The notes beneath the pieces are model-generated. The model searched no databases and was not told where the DNA came from. It was given only the letters and a program-made list of their open reading frames with translations. Source: Solobacterium sp. (GTDB taxonomy: Bacteria; Bacillota_I; Bacilli_A; Erysipelotrichales; Erysipelotrichaceae). Taken from it: a stretch of 24,000 nt of DNA. This document shows positions 1 through 7,920 of this stretch, piece after piece. The translations under genes and the position numbers were made by a program. Where the stretch lies: assembly GCA_017512725.1 (NCBI GenBank), contig JAFWEW010000043.1, forward strand, positions 72,829 to 96,828, in the 5' to 3' direction. Positions within the stretch are counted from its first letter, which is position 1. Each line of letters opens with the position of its first letter.

Positions 1-207
1 AAAGATCAGATTCTGTTCCCGGTCCGCACCGCCGCCGAGAAAGAAAATATCATAGGAATTGATATCCTGTTTCTGGCCGATGCCGCAGGTATCCACCTGC
101 ACATCGATGCCGCGTTTTTCACAGCGTGTTTTCAGTACCTGTATATTGCCCTTGTCTCCATAGAGATCCATCAGGTCGTGATACATCCAGAGAATCTTCA
201 CATCCAT
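1..207 (-). CDS. gatD: GatD glutamine amidotransferase subunit of lipid II isoglutaminyl synthase (5' part only, runs off window start)
   Basis: Reverse complement of 1..207 reads MDVKILWMYHDLMDLYGDKGNIQVLKTRCEKRGIDVQVDTCGIGQKQDINSYDIFFLGGGADREQNLIF, typical of the GatD/CobQ-like amidotransferase N-terminus. The ATG at 207..205 overlaps the murT stop at 200..198. It sits immediately downstream of murT, as in known murT-gatD operons. Confidence 0.8.
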   Translation of the reverse strand, partial: MDVKILWMYHDLMDLYGDKGNIQVLKTRCEKRGIDVQVDTCGIGQKQDINSYDIFFLGGGADREQNLIF

Positions 208-1526
208 TTCCGTCTTCTCCTTTTTACACGCTTTGCAAGTACCGCTCTTGTGGAGTGCAGTGCGGTATACGTCGAAATCACATGGCTCTCCAGCTTCGCT
301 TCATCCAGCCAGGCAATAGCCTCCTGCGCGGATTCAATTACCTTGATCCGATCTTCCAGCCCTTCATATTTCAGGCGGAGCGCCATATCATATGCTCTCA
401 GTCCCGAGCAGACGATCGTTTTCACCAAAGGATCATTCAGCCGCTCAAAATGCGCATCCCAGATCCAGGAAACATCATGACCATCCTGATCATTGTCATT
501 CAGGAAAATACAGATATTCTTTTCCCCCGGCTGGGCAATGATATATTTCATTACCTCATTGGCGCCGGTCGGATTCTTGACCAGATTGATCGTACAGGGA
601 CGGCTGAGCTCGAATACCTCGTCTCTTCCTTCCTTCAGCTCATAATTTGAAAATACGTCATCACAGGGTTCCATCTTCAGTCCCATCGCCCGTACAAGAC
701 AAAGCACCGCTGCGCAGTTGTATACGCCGTAAATGGAATTGACGAAGGAATGGTAGGTCTTTCCGGCTGCCTGAAAGGTACCGTGGTCAAAATCCACGGA
801 CGTAACGGTAAGATCCGGACGGATCTCTCCGAAGTGGTCAAACCTGCAGTGGAACCGTCCGATATGGGAATACTGATAATAGTCATAGGCAAGCGGACGT
901 CCGCACCGCGGGCAGAACTTGCCTTCCCCTGCCTCATCCGAAATGTTCACCGATTTGATCGTTTCCCGAACGGAAAAGAAATGAACCTTTGCCTTCTTTG
1001 CCGTATCCGCAAGACGGATGACATTGGGGTCATCGCCGTTGAGGATCAGGTGACCTTCAAAGTCCTCGGTCACTTCCATCAGCTTGCGGATGATCGTCTC
1101 CATTTCCCCGGCCCGATCCAGCTGGTCCCGGAAGAAATTGGTCACGACCAGTGCTGTCGGCTTCAGCGTTTTGAACTGACGGTAAAGGGTCAGCTCATCC
1201 ACTTCCAGCACAAGTGCCTGGGCCGTTATGCTGTATTCCGGATCCGATCCGGCAGCCAGTGTGGTCGCAATGCCGACATTCAGATTGTCCCCGCGGTGAT
1301 TGTTCAGAACAGTCAGGCCATTGGCACGCAGGGCTTCTGCCACCAGATTGGAGGTGGTTGTCTTGCCGTTGGTGCCGGTTACCAGTACGACATCCTGTGG
1401 CAGTTTGAATTTTTCCAGAAACTTCGGATCCATCCGCAGTGCCAGTTCCCCGGGCAGCGAACCGCCGCGGCCGGCTTTTGCCAGTATGCCGTGAAGTTTC
1501 TGAACGATTGAAAGTCTGATATCCAT
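198..1526 (-). CDS. murT: MurT, Mur-ligase-family subunit of lipid II isoglutaminyl synthase
   Basis: 442-aa ORF with the Mur ligase P-loop VTGTNGKTTT and a Cys-rich ribbon CPRCG...HC. Overall MurT-like layout (central ligase domain plus C-terminal DUF1727-like region). ATG at 1526 lies 3 nt after the yhaM stop. Confidence 0.9.
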   Translation of the reverse strand: MDIRLSIVQKLHGILAKAGRGGSLPGELALRMDPKFLEKFKLPQDVVLVTGTNGKTTTSNLVAEALRANGLTVLNNHRGDNLNVGIATTLAAGSDPEYSITAQALVLEVDELTLYRQFKTLKPTALVVTNFFRDQLDRAGEMETIIRKLMEVTEDFEGHLILNGDDPNVIRLADTAKKAKVHFFSVRETIKSVNISDEAGEGKFCPRCGRPLAYDYYQYSHIGRFHCRFDHFGEIRPDLTVTSVDFDHGTFQAAGKTYHSFVNSIYGVYNCAAVLCLVRAMGLKMEPCDDVFSNYELKEGRDEVFELSRPCTINLVKNPTGANEVMKYIIAQPGEKNICIFLNDNDQDGHDVSWIWDAHFERLNDPLVKTIVCSGLRAYDMALRLKYEGLEDRIKVIESAQEAIAWLDEAKLESHVISTYTALHSTRAVLAKRVKRRRRKWM

Positions 1527-1529
1527 ACG

Positions 1530-2465
1530 TTACTTTTCCGCCTTGTAGAACTGCCGGTTCTCAAACGCAAACATCTTCTGGGACCACTGTCCCGGCTTGA
1601 CGGTTTCCAGCGCAGACCGTAAGGCAACCATACGGGAATCCATATAGTCGATCAGGTACAGTGCCTCTGCTTCTGGGATCTGCGGCAGCACCGGCGAACC
1701 GAATTCATTCTTTCCATGGTGTGACAGCAGCATATGCCGCAGCAGCAGCGTTTCCTGTGCATCGGAAAGACCAAGCGATTCTGCCGTTTCCATCAGCCAG
1801 CCATGACCGATGGAAATATGTCCGATCAGCTTTCCTTCGAGCGTATATTCATTGGATACGAGCCCGCCAAGCTCTGCGATCTTGCCCATATCATGTACCA
1901 GCACGCCGGAGATCAGCAGATCACGGTTGAGATACGGATAGGCACCGGCAATGTAATCGGCCAGATTCGCCATCCCCATCGTATGCTCGGCAAGGCCGCC
2001 GAGATAGTTGTGATGGATGCGGGAAGCCGCGGGATAGTCAAAGAAGGTCCGGCCGACCCTCTGGAACATACCGGTCACCAGCTTTTTCAGATTCTCATTC
2101 CGGATCGACTGGATATAGCCGCGGATGCGTTCCTTCAGCTGTTCAATCTCGACCGGAGAACTCATGACATACTTACTGAGATCGATCGGTTCCTGATCAA
2201 TATCCTTTATGGAATGCACTCGCAGCTGCAGGGCATTGTTGTAGTCCAGCACTTCAAAGGAAAGCAGTTCGACATGGCCCGGCTTTGCGGCTTCCATATC
2301 CGCTTCCGAAGCGTCCCAGAGCTTTCCGTCGATCGTTCCGGTATTATCCTGCAGTACCAGACTGAGATACGGCGATCCCTTCTGTGTCACCCCTTTTACA
2401 ACACTTTTTACAAGCAGGTTCTGTGTCAGACGCTGCTTTTCCTTAAACTCTCTGATCTTAGTCAT
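1530..2465 (-). CDS. yhaM: 3'-5' exoribonuclease YhaM (OB-fold plus HD domain)
   Basis: Colinear with B. subtilis YhaM: LWDA, YPAA..HH, LVHDMGK, LLSHHGK.E.GSP, FA.ENR.FYK. I chose the ATG at 2465 (MTKIREF) because GGAG sits 7 nt upstream. That ATG overlaps the upstream gene's TAA (AATGACTAA). Confidence 0.9.
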   Translation of the reverse strand: MTKIREFKEKQRLTQNLLVKSVVKGVTQKGSPYLSLVLQDNTGTIDGKLWDASEADMEAAKPGHVELLSFEVLDYNNALQLRVHSIKDIDQEPIDLSKYVMSSPVEIEQLKERIRGYIQSIRNENLKKLVTGMFQRVGRTFFDYPAASRIHHNYLGGLAEHTMGMANLADYIAGAYPYLNRDLLISGVLVHDMGKIAELGGLVSNEYTLEGKLIGHISIGHGWLMETAESLGLSDAQETLLLRHMLLSHHGKNEFGSPVLPQIPEAEALYLIDYMDSRMVALRSALETVKPGQWSQKMFAFENRQFYKAEK

Positions 2466-4455
2466 TCTGCCACTCCAATTCATCCAGTATCACATAGATA
2501 TCTTCCGGCTGGTACCCCTGCGCACTGCAGTAACGGTAAACCGTATTGCGCAGCTTGGTGCCGGTATATTTCTTTTCATAGCGTTTTCTGGCCTTCTGTG
2601 CACATCGCCGCAGATTTTCCAGTTCCTTTTCGGAATTATGTTCCCAGTCGAAGGTGTCCGCCACTTCCTGAGCAGCTTCCGAGCTGAAGCCGTTGGTCAT
2701 GAGCTTGTTCTTCAGCTTCCGCTTCTTCATCCGGATGCTCGTATCGGTAATGGAAGAAGCGGCCTTTTTCGCATACTTCCTGGCCTGTTCGATTTCTTCG
2801 ACCGGTTCGGTTGCCAGCTTCTCCTGGATCATCTCCATGGAGATGCCTTTTTTGCGCAGGGTGCGGATCATCCGCTCCTCACCATACAGGGCATTCCGCA
2901 TATTGGAAAGCACTTCCGTACAGTACCGCTCATCATCGACATAACCCTTCTCTTCCAGTTTTGCGACGATGGAATTGATTGTTTCGATATCACAGGAAGT
3001 CTTCTTCGTCAGCCAGTCATATACTTCCTTGCGGGTGCGGTCCTTGACGGCGATCCGTCTGAGAATCGACCTCCAGGCCTGCACGCCCTCCTGTTTCTTC
3101 TGAATGGCCCGGATCCGCTCAGCAGAAAGACGGGAGCCTTTGCGGATGCCGTCGTTATAATAATCATCCAGCGTCATCACGACCCGCACATCCTCACGAC
3201 TCCTTCCCTGCATGTCCTGCAGGTACACCTGAACGATATCATCCTTGACCTGTACATCCTCGACCGTCAGCATGTTCTGATAGATCTCGATCGCCTTCCG
3301 GTAGACCTCAAGTGCACGCTCATAAAAGACTTCACTGCTCAGCGGACGGACCTGTTCCAGTGCCGCATCCTTCATGGCCTGCAGCTCGTTTTCATCCATC
3401 GCTTCCAGCTTCAGCAGTTTTTCGGAAAGATCCTCCGCATCGGTAAAGTACCATCCGGTTTTTCCGTCGATCAGAAGATCCTCCAGCACGGAATCCTTAC
3501 GGGCAAGCAGCGGCAGACCCGCTGCCATTGCCTCAACAAAGGTCATGCCCTGCGTCTCGGACAGCGATGCACTGACAAAGAAATCCGCTGCGCGGTAGTA
3601 ATCCGGTACCTGAGCAGAATCCCTTGGTCCTGCAAGGGTCACATTTGAAAGCTGTTTCGAACGGACGATCTTCTTCAGCCGTTCAAGATCCGGACCGCCG
3701 CCGACGATCAACAGGTTCAGATGACAGCCTTTCACCGCAGCCCGTTCAAATCCCTCGATCACAAGATCCAGCGATTTTTCCTCTGCCAGCCGCCCGAGAT
3801 AGATCACAAGCCGTTCGTTCTCCGTAAAGCCAAATTCGCGGCGGATCTCAGCCGTTTTTCCTTCCGGCTGCTTTGCCGGATCAAACATGGAAAGATTGAG
3901 ACCGGTCGGAACAACATTGATCTCCGTGCTCACATGATAACTTTCCAGGAGCTCTTTGGTCTTTTTGCTGGGGGCGATGACTTCCACGCAGGTATCCGAC
4001 ATAAACCTGGAGAACCAGGCAACGGCGGATTTCATGCGTTCATCCACCCGGTCCGACTTCAGGATATTCACATAATGCGTATAGTCCTCATAAGAAGTGT
4101 GATAAGTACTTACCAGCGGAATGCCGAGGTTTTTCGAACAGATCCGTGCAAAGATGCCGACACCGAATTCGGTCTGCACATGGATTACATCGAGATTCAG
4201 TGCCCGGATCTCATTGAGCGCATTGACATGCCATGGCGTTGTAACGGCGTATCCGTAAAGATGACGGAACTTCATCCCTGCTAAGCGCAGTACATCATGT
4301 TCCTCATTCCACTGCGCCCAGCCAGTGCCGGAACGCGTGCAGACAGCAAAAACATCATGGCCGTGCTGCTTGAGCTCGGTAAATAAGATATAGGTAGAAT
4401 TTGCCACCCCGTTGAGATCGGGCGGAAAGGTATCTGTAAACAAACCGATTCGCAT
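2458..4455 (-). CDS. Fusion protein: GT4 (GT-B) glycosyltransferase (aa 1-~392, nt 3274..4455) joined in frame to a full-length RecX-family domain (aa ~395-665, nt 2458..3273)
   Basis: Single uninterrupted 665-codon ORF. The N-terminal half starts MRIGLFTDTFPP..NGVA and carries the EX7E motif ETQGMTFVE, like diacylglycerol glucosyltransferases. The C-terminal half has a Firmicute RecX layout (MLTVEDVQV..., RTRKEVYDWL, EEKGYVDDERY, LRKKGIS, LMTNGFS, YRYCSAQGYQPEDI). GAGG RBS lies upstream of the ATG at 4455. Confidence 0.8.
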   Translation of the reverse strand: MRIGLFTDTFPPDLNGVANSTYILFTELKQHGHDVFAVCTRSGTGWAQWNEEHDVLRLAGMKFRHLYGYAVTTPWHVNALNEIRALNLDVIHVQTEFGVGIFARICSKNLGIPLVSTYHTSYEDYTHYVNILKSDRVDERMKSAVAWFSRFMSDTCVEVIAPSKKTKELLESYHVSTEINVVPTGLNLSMFDPAKQPEGKTAEIRREFGFTENERLVIYLGRLAEEKSLDLVIEGFERAAVKGCHLNLLIVGGGPDLERLKKIVRSKQLSNVTLAGPRDSAQVPDYYRAADFFVSASLSETQGMTFVEAMAAGLPLLARKDSVLEDLLIDGKTGWYFTDAEDLSEKLLKLEAMDENELQAMKDAALEQVRPLSSEVFYERALEVYRKAIEIYQNMLTVEDVQVKDDIVQVYLQDMQGRSREDVRVVMTLDDYYNDGIRKGSRLSAERIRAIQKKQEGVQAWRSILRRIAVKDRTRKEVYDWLTKKTSCDIETINSIVAKLEEKGYVDDERYCTEVLSNMRNALYGEERMIRTLRKKGISMEMIQEKLATEPVEEIEQARKYAKKAASSITDTSIRMKKRKLKNKLMTNGFSSEAAQEVADTFDWEHNSEKELENLRRCAQKARKRYEKKYTGTKLRNTVYRYCSAQGYQPEDIYVILDELEWQND

Positions 4456-4471
4456 GTTTTACCTCTACTGG

Positions 4472-5512
4472 TTAATCACTGACAACATCCCTGCGGTTCT
4501 TCGCAATCAGGAAGACAATGCCGCCAATCATCATATCGAAATAATACGTCATGAACCGCCACATCAGCATGATCGGACGGACATCATTCATTCCGAAAAT
4601 CGTGCTGAACATCATGACAAAGGTCGCTTCGGTTCCTCCGCTTGCGCCGGGCAGCGGGATAAACGCGTTGACCATGGAGACAAACGAGGACAGCGTGATC
4701 ACATCAAGCAGTTTCTCAATCGGACACGGGATCCGCAGTGCTTTTGCACAGAGAAACGGAATACTGTAATAGACCAGCAGGCGCAGGAAATGAATCAGTG
4801 CGACCCGAAAGACCATGCCCTTGTTTTCCGAAAGGATCGTAATCTCCTTCTGGAACCGCTTCAGCTGTGCCTCAAGATTTGCCAGTGTCTTTTCCCGGTC
4901 CTTTACGAGATGGAGCTTTGCGCCGATCTCAATGCCCCGGGTGGAGATCCAGGTATGAAGACGGGGGAATTTCGCCAGCGCCCAGAGCGAAACAATTACA
5001 ACGGCGTTGACCGCAAACCCGAACAGCACGATCACGAAGAACTGGGAGTACCGGGAATAGAACGTATGGAACTTCAGCAGAATGAGAATAAATACCGAGG
5101 CGACCATCGTCGTCTGATAGATGATGAAGTTCATCCAGAGTACGCCTGCCGCTTCCGTTACCGGTATGCCCTGTTTGCGGAAGATATATACCTGGGCAAA
5201 CTGCCCGCCGCTGGCACTCGGGGTGATCTCATTAAAAAAACCGCCGACAAACGCATTCTCGATTCCCTGCCGCAGGGTGTATTCCGGATGCGTCAGATTG
5301 CATTCATGTGTTATGGCCATGCCCGAAAACACGCGGATCATGATCACGGAAACAACGATGCCAAGGAACCACAGCCGGTCTGCTGTCCGCAGCTGTTCAA
5401 AGATTTCTGTCGGGTTGTCTTTGATCGTAAGGTATACCACAAGCGCCGAGAGTCCGATGATCAGCGCAATATTAAACAAGTAGTTCGAAAAAAGCTTCCG
5501 GAGCGTTTTCAT
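4472..5512 (-). CDS. UPF0104 / lysyl-phosphatidylglycerol-synthase-TM-like (flippase-like) integral membrane protein
   Basis: 346-aa polytopic hydrophobic protein with conserved PSASGGQ and PLPGASGGTEA motifs, typical of the MprF-N-terminal-like flippase family. It sits between two GT4 genes, comparable to lafA-lafB-lafC-type glycolipid loci. Confidence 0.75.
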   Translation of the reverse strand: MKTLRKLFSNYLFNIALIIGLSALVVYLTIKDNPTEIFEQLRTADRLWFLGIVVSVIMIRVFSGMAITHECNLTHPEYTLRQGIENAFVGGFFNEITPSASGGQFAQVYIFRKQGIPVTEAAGVLWMNFIIYQTTMVASVFILILLKFHTFYSRYSQFFVIVLFGFAVNAVVIVSLWALAKFPRLHTWISTRGIEIGAKLHLVKDREKTLANLEAQLKRFQKEITILSENKGMVFRVALIHFLRLLVYYSIPFLCAKALRIPCPIEKLLDVITLSSFVSMVNAFIPLPGASGGTEATFVMMFSTIFGMNDVRPIMLMWRFMTYYFDMMIGGIVFLIAKNRRDVVSD

Positions 5513-5547
5513 AACGTACTAATTATACTCTTGCGCATGCGTCCTGC

Positions 5548-6585
5548 TCAACAGGACTCAAGCGCTTCATCACTCAGTATTTCATCGTTCAGCACGGCTT
5601 CATAAACCCGTTTCAGCTGCTTTCCGATAATCTCGATAGAACGCCGTTCTGCGACTTTAAAGCCCGCTTTCCCGGTATTGGGAAGACGATGCTCGACACA
5701 GTCCCGGATGAGCGTTGTAAATTCCTCATTATTCGTTCCTTTATAGCAGGATTCTCCGTTTCTGAGCCACGGGTCAAAGACCCCGATATCCCGTACTACG
5801 ACCTGCTGCTCCGAAGCCAGTGCTTCCAGTACGACAATCCCTTCGGTCTCTTCATAGGACGGGAAAAAGAAGACATCGGCATCCCGGTAAGCGCCCTGAA
5901 TGATAGGTCCTTTGACATAACCCGGGAACTGGCAGTTCATGGGGTGGTGAAGGATCACATCATTGATCTTGGCCGGAACCGCAAACGAGGCGATCTCGCC
6001 GAACCAGATGAATTTGTAACCCGGCAGCTGTTCCGCAACTTTCACAAAATCAAGGATGCCCTTCCGTTCAAACGGCAGTCCGACCCCAAGAACGATATGG
6101 TCCTGAGGCTGAATATTGAAGTATCTTCGAAACGCCAGAACTTTTTCCTCATCCGCCTCATACAGCGACAGATCGATTCCATTGGAGATCGCGTAGATCG
6201 GCCGGTCAATGCCATAGCCGCGGATCAGACTTTTGGAATACGGGGTCGGTGTAATGATCGCGTCTCCCTGGGAATAGAGATTGATCAGGGTCCGTTTTAC
6301 CAGCGGTGACAGCAGATTGGAAAAGATAAAACTGTTGCGGAAGTCCTCTTCCGTACTGTGGGCATGATAGATCACTTTCTTGCCGAGTTTTTTCGCATGG
6401 GCAATGATCGATTCACTGTTGATCCCGCAGGTATTGATATGCAGAATGTCATAATCCTCATCCCACGGATCGGTCGTATATGCGATGCCCTGTGAGGCAA
6501 GTGCGGCCTTCTGGTGCTCAAATGCACGTCCGATTCCGGATGTCTGGATCAGACTTTCACTTTCAAAATACAGCAGTACTTTCAT
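5548..6585 (-). CDS. GT4 family glycosyltransferase (glycolipid/diacylglycerol glycosyltransferase-like)
   Basis: MKVLLYFESESL..SGIGRA start and EX7E-type motif ETEGIVVLE in a GT-B fold pattern. Start set at the ATG at 6585 (Met51 of the tracked ORF), because the upstream 50 codons are basic, low-complexity read-through with no homology. Confidence 0.8.
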   Translation of the reverse strand: MKVLLYFESESLIQTSGIGRAFEHQKAALASQGIAYTTDPWDEDYDILHINTCGINSESIIAHAKKLGKKVIYHAHSTEEDFRNSFIFSNLLSPLVKRTLINLYSQGDAIITPTPYSKSLIRGYGIDRPIYAISNGIDLSLYEADEEKVLAFRRYFNIQPQDHIVLGVGLPFERKGILDFVKVAEQLPGYKFIWFGEIASFAVPAKINDVILHHPMNCQFPGYVKGPIIQGAYRDADVFFFPSYEETEGIVVLEALASEQQVVVRDIGVFDPWLRNGESCYKGTNNEEFTTLIRDCVEHRLPNTGKAGFKVAERRSIEIIGKQLKRVYEAVLNDEILSDEALESC

Positions 6586-6652
6586 CGTTCTTATTGTAGC
6601 GCCATTCCTTCCCGTCCAACCAGAAATAATTGGCAGAAAAAGGATCCGAAGC

Positions 6653-7732
6653 TTACGGTGCCGGTGGGAACCAGCCCATATTGAAGCGGACTTCCTTCCG
6701 TTCCAGATCCTTATTTGTATAACAGCAGCTGTCAAACCCGATCAGGGTAAATCCTTCATGGAGATAAAAATCGACCGCATTGACATTGCTGGACTGTGTC
6801 TCCAGCATGAGTACCCGGTAGTTCCGTTCCACGGTCAGATCCTTGGCAAGGCTGATCAGGCGGTGACCGTATCCCCTGCCCCGCAGTTTCTCATGAACAA
6901 ACAGTTCTGTGACCAGAAGACGGTTCGACCACTCCTCGGGGCATAACTCGACTGCGCCGAGCAGTTCTCCGTTTTCAACGATTCCATACGCTTCAGCCCC
7001 TTCCCACCAGTCTTCATAAAGCCGGTCCGGGTATTCCCCGTCTTCTGACCGATGGGTAAAGACATGTTCAAACGGTTTCTTTTCAATCGGGATCTGAAAT
7101 CCGGAACCGGTACGGTTCACGGAAATGTCATAGTATTCCGCAGACGTATAGTCGACCGGAAGCATCGTTCCCTTCCAGGTATCTCTCTCGAGTTTTTGAA
7201 TTTCATAATCATCGCGTACTGCTTTGCCCGGATTCGGGAATGCCACATAGACATTTTCTTCATCCTGCTTTCGGATCTGCCCATGGTTCTTTAACATGAC
7301 CCGAAGCGATGCGCGGTTGTCATTCCCGGTACGAAGCAGAATCTCATCTTCCGCAGCCAGTTTTCCCGCTTCGAGAAGTGCCAGATGCAGGCCTTCACTC
7401 GCAAAGCCTTTCCCGCGGTATGAGGGAGCGATGTAATAGCCGATATGACCGGCTCCGTTACGGAGCGCTTCATTCAGGCAGTGACGGATCTTGAATAATC
7501 CGACAATCGTATCTCCGTCATAGAGAAAATAATACGTTTCCGGCACATGGCCTTCCGGAAGGCCGATGCCCTTTGCATAACGGATCAGAACCGCCAGCAC
7601 TTCATTTTCGTATTCGTTCTGGCTGATCCCGTGCCAGCGGTTCATCAGGCCATGATCATTTTCCGGAACCGAACAAAGAAAACGCCATTCCCCTTCTCGG
7701 TCTCCGGTACCGGCTTCCTTCAGATACAGCAT
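6653..7732 (-). CDS. Tandem GNAT N-acetyltransferase; the C-terminal domain is streptothricin-acetyltransferase-like
   Basis: Two acetyl-CoA-binding cores: YRGKGFASEGL and LRGRGYGHRLI. The C-terminal LMLETQSSNVNAVDFYLHEGFTLIGFD matches the Sat/NAT-type signature LETQ..NV.A..FY...GF. Start chosen at the ATG at 7732, preceded by AGGAGG. Confidence 0.75.
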   Translation of the reverse strand: MLYLKEAGTGDREGEWRFLCSVPENDHGLMNRWHGISQNEYENEVLAVLIRYAKGIGLPEGHVPETYYFLYDGDTIVGLFKIRHCLNEALRNGAGHIGYYIAPSYRGKGFASEGLHLALLEAGKLAAEDEILLRTGNDNRASLRVMLKNHGQIRKQDEENVYVAFPNPGKAVRDDYEIQKLERDTWKGTMLPVDYTSAEYYDISVNRTGSGFQIPIEKKPFEHVFTHRSEDGEYPDRLYEDWWEGAEAYGIVENGELLGAVELCPEEWSNRLLVTELFVHEKLRGRGYGHRLISLAKDLTVERNYRVLMLETQSSNVNAVDFYLHEGFTLIGFDSCCYTNKDLERKEVRFNMGWFPPAP

Positions 7733-7832
7733 CGTTCCTTCCTCCTTTCGGTTCATACCCATTATAAAGAATCGTTCGGCATTTCATCCTCTTTCGTTAC
7801 GGTTTGTCAGTGTATTAAAGGAGCCGGAACTG

Positions 7833-7868
7833 ATAAAAAAAATCAGCACAGGCTTCTGCAGCCTGTGC
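7833..7868 (-). terminator. Rho-independent terminator after nifJ
   Basis: On the minus strand: GCACAGGC-TGCAGAA-GCCTGTGC (8-bp perfect stem, 7846..7853 with 7861..7868), followed by TGATTTTTTTTAT. Confidence 0.75.
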
Positions 7869-7920
7869 CGATTGTTGATTCATTTCCGCACTCTTACATC
7901 AGAGTGTGAACGTTTGAAGC

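Noticed and set aside
5513-5547. 8-bp palindrome CGCATGCG between the GT4 and UPF0104 genes as a regulatory site or terminator
   Set aside because: It is too short, has no flanking U-tract and appears only once, so it is compatible with chance in a 24-kb window.
5548-6735. N-terminal extensions given by the ORF track (GT4 to 6735, YhaM to 2483, nifJ to 11508, GNAT to 7762, LCP to 19808, Wzz to 18757, surface protein to 16558, dac to 11943)
   Set aside because: The internal starts are preferred for three reasons. Most (yhaM, nifJ, GNAT, LCP, Wzz, surface protein) have good RBS spacing, whereas the GT4 and dac starts were chosen without a clear Shine-Dalgarno. They restore canonical N-termini (signal peptides, conserved first motifs). 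They also avoid overlap with upstream genes or promoters.
7761-7790. Sigma-A promoter for the GNAT-led operon (TATAAT at 7766..7761)
   Set aside because: The -10 is perfect and correctly placed upstream of the AGGAGG/ATG at 7732. I could not find a -35 with acceptable spacing (ATGAAA at 15 nt, GGATGA at 17 nt), so it is not listed as a feature.
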